A stretch of 64,000 bases of DNA from an uncultured Actinomycetes bacterium. Lineage in GTDB: Bacteria; Actinomycetota; Thermoleophilia; Gaiellales; F1-60-MAGs149. The DNA lies in NCBI GenBank assembly GCA_963732645.1, contig CAVTAC010000002.1:70773-134772 (forward strand). The letters run 5' to 3'. Below are positions 44,005 to 53,513 of the stretch, one piece after another. Within the stretch, counting starts at the first letter, position 1. The number at the start of each line of letters is the position of its first letter. The notes under the pieces were generated by a model. That model saw only the letters and a list, made by a program, of their open reading frames with translations, searched no databases and was not told where the DNA came from. The translations under genes were made by a program, and so were the position numbers.

Positions 44005-45100
44005 GGTGCCGCTCGCCGTCACGCCGCCCGTCTGGCTCGCCACGGGCGTCGAGCTCCGCGTTCCGATCACTGCCACCGCGGCCGGCGGCGCCGACCTGGT
44101 GCGGGTCTCGCCCGGGCCGGAGACCGTCGTCGCGCACGCCGACCTCGCAGCCGGTGCCGCCGCCACGCTGGCCACGGTGCCGCCGAAGGACGGCAGCTAC
44201 CGGTACCGGCTACGGCTGCCCGGCGAGGCGCCGCTCACCCTGCCGCTGCGGGTGCGGCCGGTGCGGCTGGCGGCCATCGGCGACGTCGCGCCCGGCTCCG
44301 CCCTCGGCCAGGTGCGCACGCACGGCCCGGCCTGGCACTGGTCGAACGTCGGCGCCTGGCTGCGCGGTCGCGACGTCGTGATCGCGAACCTCGAGACGGC
44401 CGTCGGCACGGGCGGCAGGCCCTGGCCGGCCAAGAACTACCACTTCCTCTCGTCGCCCGCGACCATCCGCGCGATGGCGAAGTCGGGTGGCGTCGACGTC
44501 GTGTCGGTCGCGAACAACCACGCCATCGACTACGGCCGCACGACGTTCGTGAGCGGCCTGCGCACCATCCGCAAGACCGGCATGCTGACCGCCGGCGGCG
44601 GCTCGACCCTGGCCGGCGCGCTGAAGCCCGCCATCATCGAGCGCGGCGGGCTCAGGATCGCGGTGCTCGCCTTCGACGGGTATCCGCCGTTCGCCTACTG
44701 GGCGACGGCGAAGCGCCCGGGTCTGGCGCCGGCCACGACGGCCTCGGTCACGAAGGCCGTCAAGGCCGCGCGCACGAAGGCCGACGTGGTCGTCACCTAC
44801 TTCCACTGGGGCACCGAGCTGCGCACCCGGCCGGGCACCAAGCAGAAGACGCTCGCGAAGGCCGCGCTGGCCGCCGGCGCCGACGTGGTCCTGGGCGCCC
44901 ACCCGCACGTGCTGCAGCCGATCGTGACGCACTCCAGCGGTCGCCTGGTGGCCTACAGCCTCGGCAACTTCGTCTTCAACCCCGGCTCCGTGGTGGCGAC
45001 GCGGACGGCCGCCCTGGCGATCGACCTCGGCCTGGACGGCGTCATCCGGCACCGGCTCCGCCCGGCCCGGATCGTCGACTCGCGACCGCTCTGGCGCTGA
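44005..45100 (+). CDS. CapA/PGA_cap metallophosphoesterase family protein
   Basis: AIGDV, NLET, SVANNHAIDYG, HWGTE, GAHPHVLQ, YSLGNFVF; in frame with the M16 C-terminus as assembled. Confidence 0.85.
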
Positions 45101-45138
45101 TCCGGATCGCCTCGACGCAGCCGATAGAGTCCAGGGCG

Positions 45139-46285
45139 ATGTCTGCCCGCGACGACGCCCACCGCCTGCTCGACCGCGCCCAGCGCGGCGTGCAGAAGCT
45201 GCTTCCACCCGACCCGTTCATCGCCGACGCGCACACGCACCTCGGCCTCGACGAGGACGGCATGCGGCTCGACCTGCCGACCATGCTCGAGCAGATGCGG
45301 GAGTGGAACGTGCGCCGTGCGCTCGTGTTCCCGCTGCACGAGGCCGACCGCGCGCCGGCCTACCGCGCGCCGAACGACCGCGTCCTCGGCTGGGCGGCCG
45401 AGTCGGACGGCCTGCTGGTGCCGCTGGCCCGCCTCGACCTCGACCGAGAGCCCGATCGAGGAGGCCCGCCGCTGCCTCGCGCTGGGCGCCCGCGGCATCA
45501 AGCTGCACCCGCGCGCCCAGAAGTTCACGGTCGACGACGACCGGCTCGAGCCCGTCTTCGCGCTGGCCGAGGAGCACCGCCTGCCGGTGCTCATCCACGC
45601 CGGCCGCGGCATGCCGCCGATCGGCGAGCACCTGGCCACGGTCGCCGCGCGCCACCCGGGCGCCATCCTGATCCTCGCGCACGCCGCGATCGTCGACCAG
45701 GAGCGCATCTGCGACCTGGTCGCCGGACGGGAGAACGTCTTCTTCGACACCTCGACCTGGGGTGTCTCCGACCTGCTCAACCTGCTGTCGCGCGTCGCGC
45801 CGCAGCAGGTGCTGTGGGCGACCGACGTGCCGTACGGCAGCCACCTCGCCTCGCTGACGCTGATCGGCTCGATCCTGGACGAGATCGGCGCCTCCGAGGA
45901 GATCCGCCGCGGCATCTTCGGCGGCACGGTGGAGGGCATCATCAACGGCGAGACCCCGGCGATGACCGACCCGATCGCGCCGCCCACGTGGGAGCTCACC
46001 CACGCCGCCCAGCGCGTCTACACCTACCTGAGCGCGGCCATCCCGCTGATCTGGATGCGCCTTCCCGACCACATCGGCGTCTCCGGGCTCGCCGCCGGCG
46101 CCTGCCGCGGCGACGGCGATGTCGCCCCGCTCGAGGAGCTGATCACCACCGCCTGCCGCGTGTGGGAGGATGTCCCGGAGGGAGGCCCCCGTGCCGACGT
46201 GTGGGACGTCGCCAAGCTGTTCCAGCTCTCCCAGATCGCCTGTTTCTGCCCCAATGCTGCCCGGAGGTCCTTTCTGTGCGAGTGA
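45139..46285 (+). CDS. Amidohydrolase 2 family protein (frameshift near 45450)
   Basis: DAHTH, GIKLHP, LIHAG, ILAHA, FDTS, WATDVPY. Confidence 0.88.
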
Positions 46286-46734
46286 CGCTGTCGGTGAACG
46301 GCGAGCGGCACGAGCTCGAGCTCGCGCCGCTGGCCCGGCTCGCCGACGTGCTGCGCGACGAGCTCGGTCTCGTCGGCACCAAGATCGGTTGCGGCGAGGG
46401 CGCCTGCGGTGCGTGCGCCGTGCTGCTCGACGGCCGGTCGGTCAACGCGTGCCTGATCTACGCGGCGGCGGCCGAGGGCCACGAGCTGGAGACCATCGAG
46501 GGCATCTCGCGCGAAGGGCTCACCCCGCTGCAGGAGGCCTTCGTGGCCGCCGACGCCGTCCAGTGCGGCTTCTGCACCTCGGGCCAGATCGTGTCGGCGA
46601 CCGCGCTGCTGCGCGACAACCCGGCGCCTGACTCCGAGCAGGTGCGGCGCGCCATGAGCGGCAACATCTGCCGCTGCGGCTGCTACGTGAAGATCGAGCG
46701 CGCCATCCTCACCTTCGCCGGGGGCGACGCCTGA
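46276..46734 (+). CDS. Xanthine/aldehyde oxidoreductase 2Fe-2S subunit (PaoA/CoxS-like)
   Basis: GCGEGACGAC, QCGFCTSG, GNICRCGCY. Confidence 0.95.
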   Translation: MRVTLSVNGERHELELAPLARLADVLRDELGLVGTKIGCGEGACGACAVLLDGRSVNACLIYAAAAEGHELETIEGISREGLTPLQEAFVAADAVQCGFCTSGQIVSATALLRDNPAPDSEQVRRAMSGNICRCGCYVKIERAILTFAGGDA

Positions 46735-48985
46735 TGCCGCGGCTCGTCAAGACCGTCACCGAGATGGAGGGCCGCTTCGAGGAGAAGTGGGTGCTCGTCG
46801 AGGAGGACGGCATCGTCTCGTGGGATCCCGACGCCGAGCTGGCCGTGGTCGGCAAGCCCGCGCACGCGCCAGACCGGCCCGCAGCGGGTGTCGGGTGTCG
46901 CCCGGTACACGGTCGACGTCGCACTGCCCGGCATGCTGCACGCCGCCGTGCTGCGATCGCCCGTCGCGCGCGGCCGCGTGACGGCGCTGCAGATCGACGC
47001 GGCCCTCGCGGTCAACGGCGTGCGCGCGGTGCTCGGCCCCGAGACCGAGCTGAGCTTCAAGCAGCGCTCCGGCCCGCTGTACGGCGAGCCCGACTACGCC
47101 GGCGCGCCGATCGCCGTGGTCGCCGCCGACACGCTCGACGGCCGCGAAGGCCGGCGTGCGCGCGCTGGCGCTCGAGATCGACCCGCTGCCGTTCGTCGTC
47201 GACATCCAGGCGGCCTTCCGCGACCAGCGCATCGACGGCGACCCGTTCGAGGACTCGCGCGGCGACGTCGACGCGGCGCTGGCCGCCGCCGAGGTGTCGG
47301 TCGAGCTCCAGGTCGAGACGCCCGGCCAGCTGCAGACGCCGATCGAGCCGCACGCCGCGGTCGCCTGGTGGAAGCCCGACGAGCTGATCTGCTGGATCGC
47401 GACGCAGGGCATCTTCGACGCCCGCGACGAGCTGACACGGCGCTTCAACGTGCCCAAGGAGCGCGTGCGCGTCATCGCCGAGTACATCGGCGGCGGCTTC
47501 GGCGGCAAGCAGAACGCCGGCTTCGAGGCCCTGATGGCCGTCGAGCTGTCGAAGCGCACCGGCCGTCCCGTCCGCCTCGTGCTGGATCGCCACGGCGAGC
47601 AGCTGGACGGCGGCGCCCGGCCCGCCACGCACCAGACGGTGCGCCTCGGCGCCGGCCGCGACGGCGTGCTGACGGCCATCGACGCCGAGGCCCTGGTGGA
47701 GTACGGCATGGCCGGCTGGCGCGCGGTCACGACGCCCGCGCTGACGCTCTACCGCTGCGCCGACGTCCGCGGCATCGAGGCCAACCTGCGCCTCGACGTG
47801 CGGCGCGGCAACGCCTTCCGCGCGCCCGCCGTCATGGAGGGCATCACGGCGCTCGAGCAGGCCATGGACGAGCTTGCGATCGAGCTCGACGATCGACCCG
47901 CTCGACCTGCGCCGGCGCAACTTCACCGACCGCGACCAGTCGGCCGACCTGCCCTACACGTCGAACGCGCTGCAGTACTGCTACGACCGCGTCGCCGAGC
48001 TGGCGGGCTGGTCGGACCGCGAGCCGGCTGCACGTGCCGGCCGACGACGGGCTGCTGCGCGGCATGGGCTGCGCGACGCAGATCTGGTGGGGCGGCGGCG
48101 GGCCACCCTCGCACGCCACCTGCCGCATCGGCGGCGACGGCGTCGCGGTTGTCACGATCGGCGTGCAGGACATCGGCACCGGCTCGCTGACGACGGCGCG
48201 GATGGTGGCGGCCGAGGAGCTCGGCCTGCCGCTCGACCGCGTGATCGTGGTCGGCGGCGACACCGGCCCCAACATCTACGGCCCGGTCGCCGGCGGCTCG
48301 CAGACGACCCCGTCCGTGATGCCCGCCGTGCGCGGCGCCGCGGCCGACGTCAAGCACAAGCTGCTGGCGCTGGCGGGCGACGTGTTCGAGGCCTCGGTCG
48401 ACGACCTCGAGCTGACCGACGGCCACTTCCGGACGAAGGACGGCGGCCTCGACCAGCCCTACACCGAGGTGACCGGAAAGCTCGGTCAGGCGTCGATCGA
48501 CGGCTCCGGCATGCGCGGCCCGAACCCCGACGGCTTCCGCGCCAACACCTTCGGCTGCCAGATCGCGCAGGTCGCGGTCGACCCCGGCACCGGCGAGGTG
48601 TTCGTCGAGGGCATCTGGGCGGTGCACGACATCGGCCGCGTGATCAACCCCCTCGGGGCCTCGAGCCAGGTCGAGGGCGGCATCCTGCAGGGCATGGCCT
48701 ACGCCTCGACCGAGGAGCGCGTCTTCGACCGCACCACCGGCGTCCCGGTCAACGCGACGCTCGACGACTACAAGGTGCCGACCATGATGGACACGCCGCC
48801 GATCACGGTGGAGTTCGCGCCGACGCCCGACGTGAAGCTGAACACCGTCGGCGCCAAGGGTCTCGGCGAGCCGCCGATCATCCCCACCGCGGCCGCGATC
48901 GCGAACGCGTTCCGCGCATGCCACGGGCATCCGGCCGCGCGCGCTCCCGCTCACGCCCGCGCGGGTCCTGGAGCTGCTGGCATGA
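46734..48985 (+). CDS. Xanthine dehydrogenase family molybdopterin subunit (PaoC-like; frameshifts)
   Basis: IGGGFGGK, AFRAP, QDIGTG, AGGSQT, SQVEGG..QG, KGLGEPP. Confidence 0.92.
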
Positions 48986-49863
48986 GCACGACCTACGCGC
49001 GTCCCGGCAACCTCGGCGAGGCGCTGCACCTGCTGGCGCAGCCCGGTGCGCGGCCGCTCGGCGGCGGCACCGACCTGGCCGGCCAGCTCGACCGCGGCCT
49101 CACCACCGCGGCGACCATCGTCGACCTGCAGTCGCTCGGCCTCGGCGGCATCACGGCGACGGAGTCGGGCGTCCGCATCGGCGGCACGACGACGCTGGCC
49201 GACGTCGCGGTCAGCGATGCGCTCGAGCCGTGGACGGTCGTGCGGGAGGCCGCCGCGGCCGCCGCGTCGCCGATCCTGCGCAACCAGGGCACCGTCGGCG
49301 GCAACCTCTGCCAGCACACGCGCTGCTGGTACTACCGCGGCCTCGAGTGGAACTGCTGGCTGGGCGGCGGCGACACCTGTTACGCCCAGATCGGCGAGCA
49401 CCGCAAGCACAACCTGCAGCCCGGCGACTGCATCTCGGCGCACCCGTCCGACCTGGCGCCGGCGCTGCTGGCCTGCCGCGCCACGGTGCACCTGCAGTCG
49501 GCCTACGGCGAGCGCGAGCTGGAGCTGGCCGACCTGTACCGGCGGCCGACCGAGCAGAACCGGTCGCTGATCGACCTCGACGTCGGCGAGATCGTGACGG
49601 CGGTCGAGCTGGCGGAGACGCCCGACGCCTCCGCCTACCTGCGCCTCGGCGAGCGCCGCGCCTTCTCGTTCCCGCTCGTCAGCGTCGCCGTGGCGCGGTT
49701 CGGCGGCGAGATCGTGGTGGCTGCGGGCGGCGTCGCCAACATCCCGGTGCGGCTCGACCCGGCCGATCCCCTCGCGGACCTGCCGGGCAACCCCGAGAGC
49801 GCGTGGAAGCGCACCGTCGTGACGACGCTCGTCGCACGCGGTCTGGAGGCGATCAGCGCATGA
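48982..49863 (+). CDS. FAD-binding subunit with [4Fe-4S] Cys insert (PaoB/HcrB-like)
   Basis: GGGTDL, RNQGTVGGNLCQHTRCWYYR..C..C..C, HPSD. Confidence 0.92.
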   Translation: MSTTYARPGNLGEALHLLAQPGARPLGGGTDLAGQLDRGLTTAATIVDLQSLGLGGITATESGVRIGGTTTLADVAVSDALEPWTVVREAAAAAASPILRNQGTVGGNLCQHTRCWYYRGLEWNCWLGGGDTCYAQIGEHRKHNLQPGDCISAHPSDLAPALLACRATVHLQSAYGERELELADLYRRPTEQNRSLIDLDVGEIVTAVELAETPDASAYLRLGERRAFSFPLVSVAVARFGGEIVVAAGGVANIPVRLDPADPLADLPGNPESAWKRTVVTTLVARGLEAISA

Positions 49864-50651
49864 TGACCTCGATGGGCACCGTGGTGCTCGCGGCCGGTGG
49901 CGCCACCCGGTTCGGTTCTCCCAAGCTGCTCGCGCAGTGGTGGGGCCGCCCGCTGGTGGAGTGGGCGCTTCGCACCGCTCCCGAGGAGGGCCCCAAGATC
50001 GCCGTCGTCGGCAAGGAGACGGCGACGTTGCGGCCGCTGTTCGCGCAGTACGGCTTCGCGATGGTGCGCAACCCGCGACCGTCCGACGGCCTCGCCTCCT
50101 CGCTCGCGATCGCGCTCGCCCGGATGCCGGACGAGGTCGACGCGGTCCTCGTGCTGCTCGGCGACGCGCCCGACATCCCGGCCAGCGTGATCGAGCGCGT
50201 GCGCACCGCCTACCGGCGCGAGAACCGCGCCGTCGCGGCCTCCTACGACGACGTGCGCGGGCATCCGGTCGTGCTGCCGCGATCGGTGTGGCCGCAGGTG
50301 CCCCAGACCGGCGAGAAGGCCGGCGCGACGATCGACGCCGTGCTCGTCGAGTGCGGCGACCTCGCCGCCGGCAGCGCCGACGTCGACACGCCCGACGACC
50401 TGTTCGCGCTCGCCGCGCGCCGGTCGAACGCCGAGTTCCTGGACGGCGTCGCGACGCTCAAGGAGCTCGACGCGCGGCTGGCGAACGCCGAGCCGTTCGT
50501 GCTCAAGTCGGTCGACGGCGATAAGACGCGCCGGGCCGGCGGCCGCAGCCTGGTGCCGGTCACGGTGCTGCGCGACCGGGCGCTCACGCGCGGCCGGATG
50601 ATCTCCGTGATCGCGCGCGTCGACGACGCCTACGCGGCGATCGTCGGCTAA
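49860..50651 (+). CDS. mocA: Molybdenum cofactor cytidylyltransferase MocA-like with C-terminal extension
   Basis: LAAGGATRFGSPKLL, GLASSL, LLGDAP, GHPV, DVDTPDDL. Confidence 0.8.
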   Translation: MMTSMGTVVLAAGGATRFGSPKLLAQWWGRPLVEWALRTAPEEGPKIAVVGKETATLRPLFAQYGFAMVRNPRPSDGLASSLAIALARMPDEVDAVLVLLGDAPDIPASVIERVRTAYRRENRAVAASYDDVRGHPVVLPRSVWPQVPQTGEKAGATIDAVLVECGDLAAGSADVDTPDDLFALAARRSNAEFLDGVATLKELDARLANAEPFVLKSVDGDKTRRAGGRSLVPVTVLRDRALTRGRMISVIARVDDAYAAIVG

Positions 50652-50709
50652 CCGTTCCGGGGCCCGTTATCGCACCCTGAAACTCCGCAAAACTCCTGCA
50701 ACCGCCCCG

Positions 50710-50736
50710 TAATGGGATCGGCGCATTTGTCGATGG
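50710..50736 (+). promoter_or_regulatory. Candidate sigma28 (FliA/WhiG)-type promoter
   Basis: TAAT-N15-GTCGATGG versus TAAA-N15-GCCGATAA; AAGGAG RBS before ATG 50763. Confidence 0.5.
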
Positions 50737-50762
50737 GAGAAGAGGAGAAGAAGGAGCGTCGG

Positions 50763-51578
50763 ATGCGCGCACATGCGCATAGCCTGGCCGGTCTCTCGCG
50801 CATTCCCGAGGCCGTCGTATGGCTCGCCGAAGGCGAGATGGAGGACCGCAGGTCGCCCGAGGCGGCCGAGCTGCTCGGCGACCTGCCGCTGCTGGCTGCC
50901 CTCCGCGCCTCCTCGCTCGCCCGGCTGCGCCGCGCCATGGAGTCGTCCCGCCTGCAAGGCGAGGCGCGCCGTGGCGTCGAGCTCGTCCTGCGCGACGGCC
51001 GGGCGCTCGACGCGACCATCCTCGCCGACGAGGACGCGGTCGTCGTCGTGCTCCGCGATGTCTCCCGCTACACGGCGCAGATCGACGAGCTGCGCCAGAT
51101 GGCGGAGCGCGATCCCCTCACCGGCCTGCTCAACCGCCGGGCCTTCCTCGAGCGCGGCAAGGCCGAGCTGACCCGCGGCCGCGCACAACGGCCGACCGGT
51201 TGCGGTCGCCGTGGCCGACATCGACCACTTCGCGCATCTCAACGACCTGCTCGGGCCAGACGACGGGTGATGCCGTGCTGGCGGCGGTGGCCCGCCTGCT
51301 GTCGTCCAGCCGGCCGACCGACGTGGTCGGCCGCATCGGCGGCGACGAGTTCGGCCTCGTGCTGCCGGACACCGACGCGCCGGGCGCGGTGCTGCGCCTG
51401 AAGCGCGCCATCGGCGAGCTGCAGGCGGCGGTCGGTGGTCGGCTCGGAGCCCGCGTCGTTCTCGGCCGGCGTGCACGTGCCGACCGCCGAGGAGACGCTC
51501 GAGATGGCGCTCTACCGGGCCGACGAGGCCCTCGACCGCGCCCGGCAGGCGGGCCGCGGCCGGGCCCGCACCAGCTAG
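50763..51578 (+). CDS. Diguanylate cyclase (GGDEF) with short N-terminal PAS-like region (frameshifts)
   Basis: DPLTGLLNRRAF, DIDHF..ND..G..GD.VL, GRIGGDEF. Confidence 0.88.
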
Positions 51579-51605
51579 CGCGGGAGCCACCTGGAGCGTG
51601 CGTGC

Positions 51606-51632
51606 GGAATAGCACGCAGGGGCCGGGACGTT
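51606..51632 (+). promoter_or_regulatory. SigR/SigH-type ECF autoregulatory promoter
   Basis: GGAAT-N19-GTT directly upstream of the ECF sigma gene. Confidence 0.75.
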
Positions 51633-51644
51633 GAACAGCACCGG

Positions 51645-52238
51645 ATGACTCTCGTGCTCGACGCCCCCTGGTACGCTCGGTCCGTGCCTGACGCCCGCTC
51701 TCCCGAACGCGTCGAGTTCGAGGAGTCGGTCCTCGACCTCGCCGACGATGTCTGGCGGGTCGCGCGGCGTCTGGCGCGCGACGTGCCCGAGGCGGAGGAC
51801 CTCGTCCAGGAGACCTACGTGCGGGCGATCCGGTCGTGGAAGAGCTACGAGCCCGGCACCAACCTGCGGGCGTGGCTGCTGCGGATCCTCCACAACTACG
51901 CCATCGACCAGGCGCGCCGCCGGCAGCGCGCCCCCGACGCCGAGCCGCTGGAAGAGGGCGACTACTACCTCTACAACCGGCTCGACCAGGGGCTCCGCGG
52001 CGGTCAGGCCGACATCGAGCGGCTGATCGACCAGCTCTCGCAGGGCCCGGTCATGGACGCGCTCGCCGACCTGCCGCAGAACTTCAAGGAGGTCGTGGTG
52101 CTCGTCGACCTCGGCGACTTCTCCTACCAGGAGGCCGCCGACATCCTCGAGATCCCGATCGGCACCGTGATGAGCCGGCTGCACCGCGGCCGGCGCGCCC
52201 TCAAGAAGGCCCTGGCCGACGGGAGCGTGGCGGCATGA
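51645..52238 (+). CDS. sigR: ECF sigma factor, SigR/SigH-like (alternative in-frame GTG at 51684)
   Basis: AEDLVQETY.RA..W.SYEPGTNLRAWL.RI..N; FSYQE.A.IL.IPIGTVMSRLHRGR. Confidence 0.85.
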   Translation: MTLVLDAPWYARSVPDARSPERVEFEESVLDLADDVWRVARRLARDVPEAEDLVQETYVRAIRSWKSYEPGTNLRAWLLRILHNYAIDQARRRQRAPDAEPLEEGDYYLYNRLDQGLRGGQADIERLIDQLSQGPVMDALADLPQNFKEVVVLVDLGDFSYQEAADILEIPIGTVMSRLHRGRRALKKALADGSVAA

Positions 52239-52480
52239 GTGGGACCACCGTCGCCTGCGCCGAGGCCGAACAGCGCCTCCAGGCCTACGTCGACCGCGCG
52301 CTGACGCCCGACGAGGTCGCCGGCATCGAGGCGCACCTCGCCGTGTGCCCGCCGTGCGCCCGCTGCTACAAGCTCGAGACCCAGATGCGCGAGAACATGC
52401 GCCGCATCGGCGACGAGCCCTGCCCCGAGTCGCTCAAGGTCCGCCTGCGCAACCTGTGCGCGGAGTGCGACTGCGAGTAG
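52235..52480 (+). CDS. rsrA: ZAS anti-sigma factor, RsrA/RshA-like
   Basis: C..HLAVCPPC, CPESLK; Cys-rich; ATGA overlap with the sigma gene. Confidence 0.85.
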   Translation: MSGTTVACAEAEQRLQAYVDRALTPDEVAGIEAHLAVCPPCARCYKLETQMRENMRRIGDEPCPESLKVRLRNLCAECDCE

Positions 52481-52492
52481 GGTTCGCGGGTC

Positions 52493-53453
52493 GTGACGCT
52501 TCCGCTGCAACCGCCGATCGAGCCGCAGCTGGCCAAGTCGGCCAAGGAACTGCCGCTCGGTGACGGCTGGGTGTACGAGCAGAAGTGGGACGGCTTCCGC
52601 GTGATCGCGTTCGTCGACGGCGACGAGGTGTACCTGCAGTCGCGGGGCTCGAAGCCGCTCGACCGGTACTTCCCCGAGATCTCGCTGCCGCCCGGCCGCT
52701 ACGTGATCGACGGCGAGATCGTGATCCTCGACGCCGACGGCCGGCCCGCGTTCGGCGCGCTGCAGCAGCGCATCCACCCGGCCGAGTCGCGCATCCAGCG
52801 GCTGTCGCAGGAGACGCCCGCGACGCTGCTGCCGTTCGACCTGCTGGCCGAGGGCGACGAGTCGCTGCTGGCGCTGCCGTTCTCCGAGCGCCGCGAGCGA
52901 CTCGCGCGCCTGCTCGACGGCGCGCTGACGCCGACCACGGCGACGCCCGACCCGGCCGTGGCCGAGGTGTGGCTCGACACCACCGAGGGCGTGATCGCGA
53001 AGGAGCTCGCCGCGTCGTACAAGCCGGGCAAGCGCGCCGGGCATGTGGAAGGTGAAGCGCGTCCGCACCATCGACTGCGTCGTGATCGGCTACCGCGAGG
53101 GCAAGGAGCCCGAGACCGTCGGCTCGCTGATCCTGGCGCTCACCGACGACGACGGGCAGCTCGTGCCGATGGGCCACTCGTCGGGCTTCTCGGCCAAGCA
53201 GAAGCGCGAGCTGCTCGACCTGGTGCGGCCCTACGAGACCGGTGACCGCGGCTCGGGCGAGGTCTCCCGGTGGACGCAGGGCCGCGAGCTGGAGTGGGTC
53301 GGCCTGCGGCCCGAGCTGGTGGTGGAGGTGTCGTTCGACCACGCGTCGGGCGGCCGCATCCGGCACGGCGCCCGGCTGCACCGGTTCCGCGACGACAAGC
53401 GTCCGGACGAGTGCCTGCTGGCCGACTTCTCGGCCGCGGAGACCGCCACCTAG
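52493..53453 (+). CDS. ligC: ATP-dependent DNA ligase, LigC-like (frameshift near 53040)
   Basis: YEQKWDGFR, DGEIV, LQQRIHPA.SR, FDLL, EGVIAK, W.KVK. Confidence 0.88.
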
Positions 53454-53470
53454 ACCCCGCGCGATATGGT

Positions 53471-53513
53471 GTGTCCGGGCTAATCGCCGATTAGCCACGG
53501 ACACTGACGGACA
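53471..53513. promoter_or_regulatory. Candidate MocR operator (long inverted repeat plus CGGACA direct repeat)
   Basis: GTGTCCGGGCTAATCG-C-CGATTAGCC(A)CGGACAC; CGGACA at 53498 and 53508; -10 TATGGT at 53465. Confidence 0.6.
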
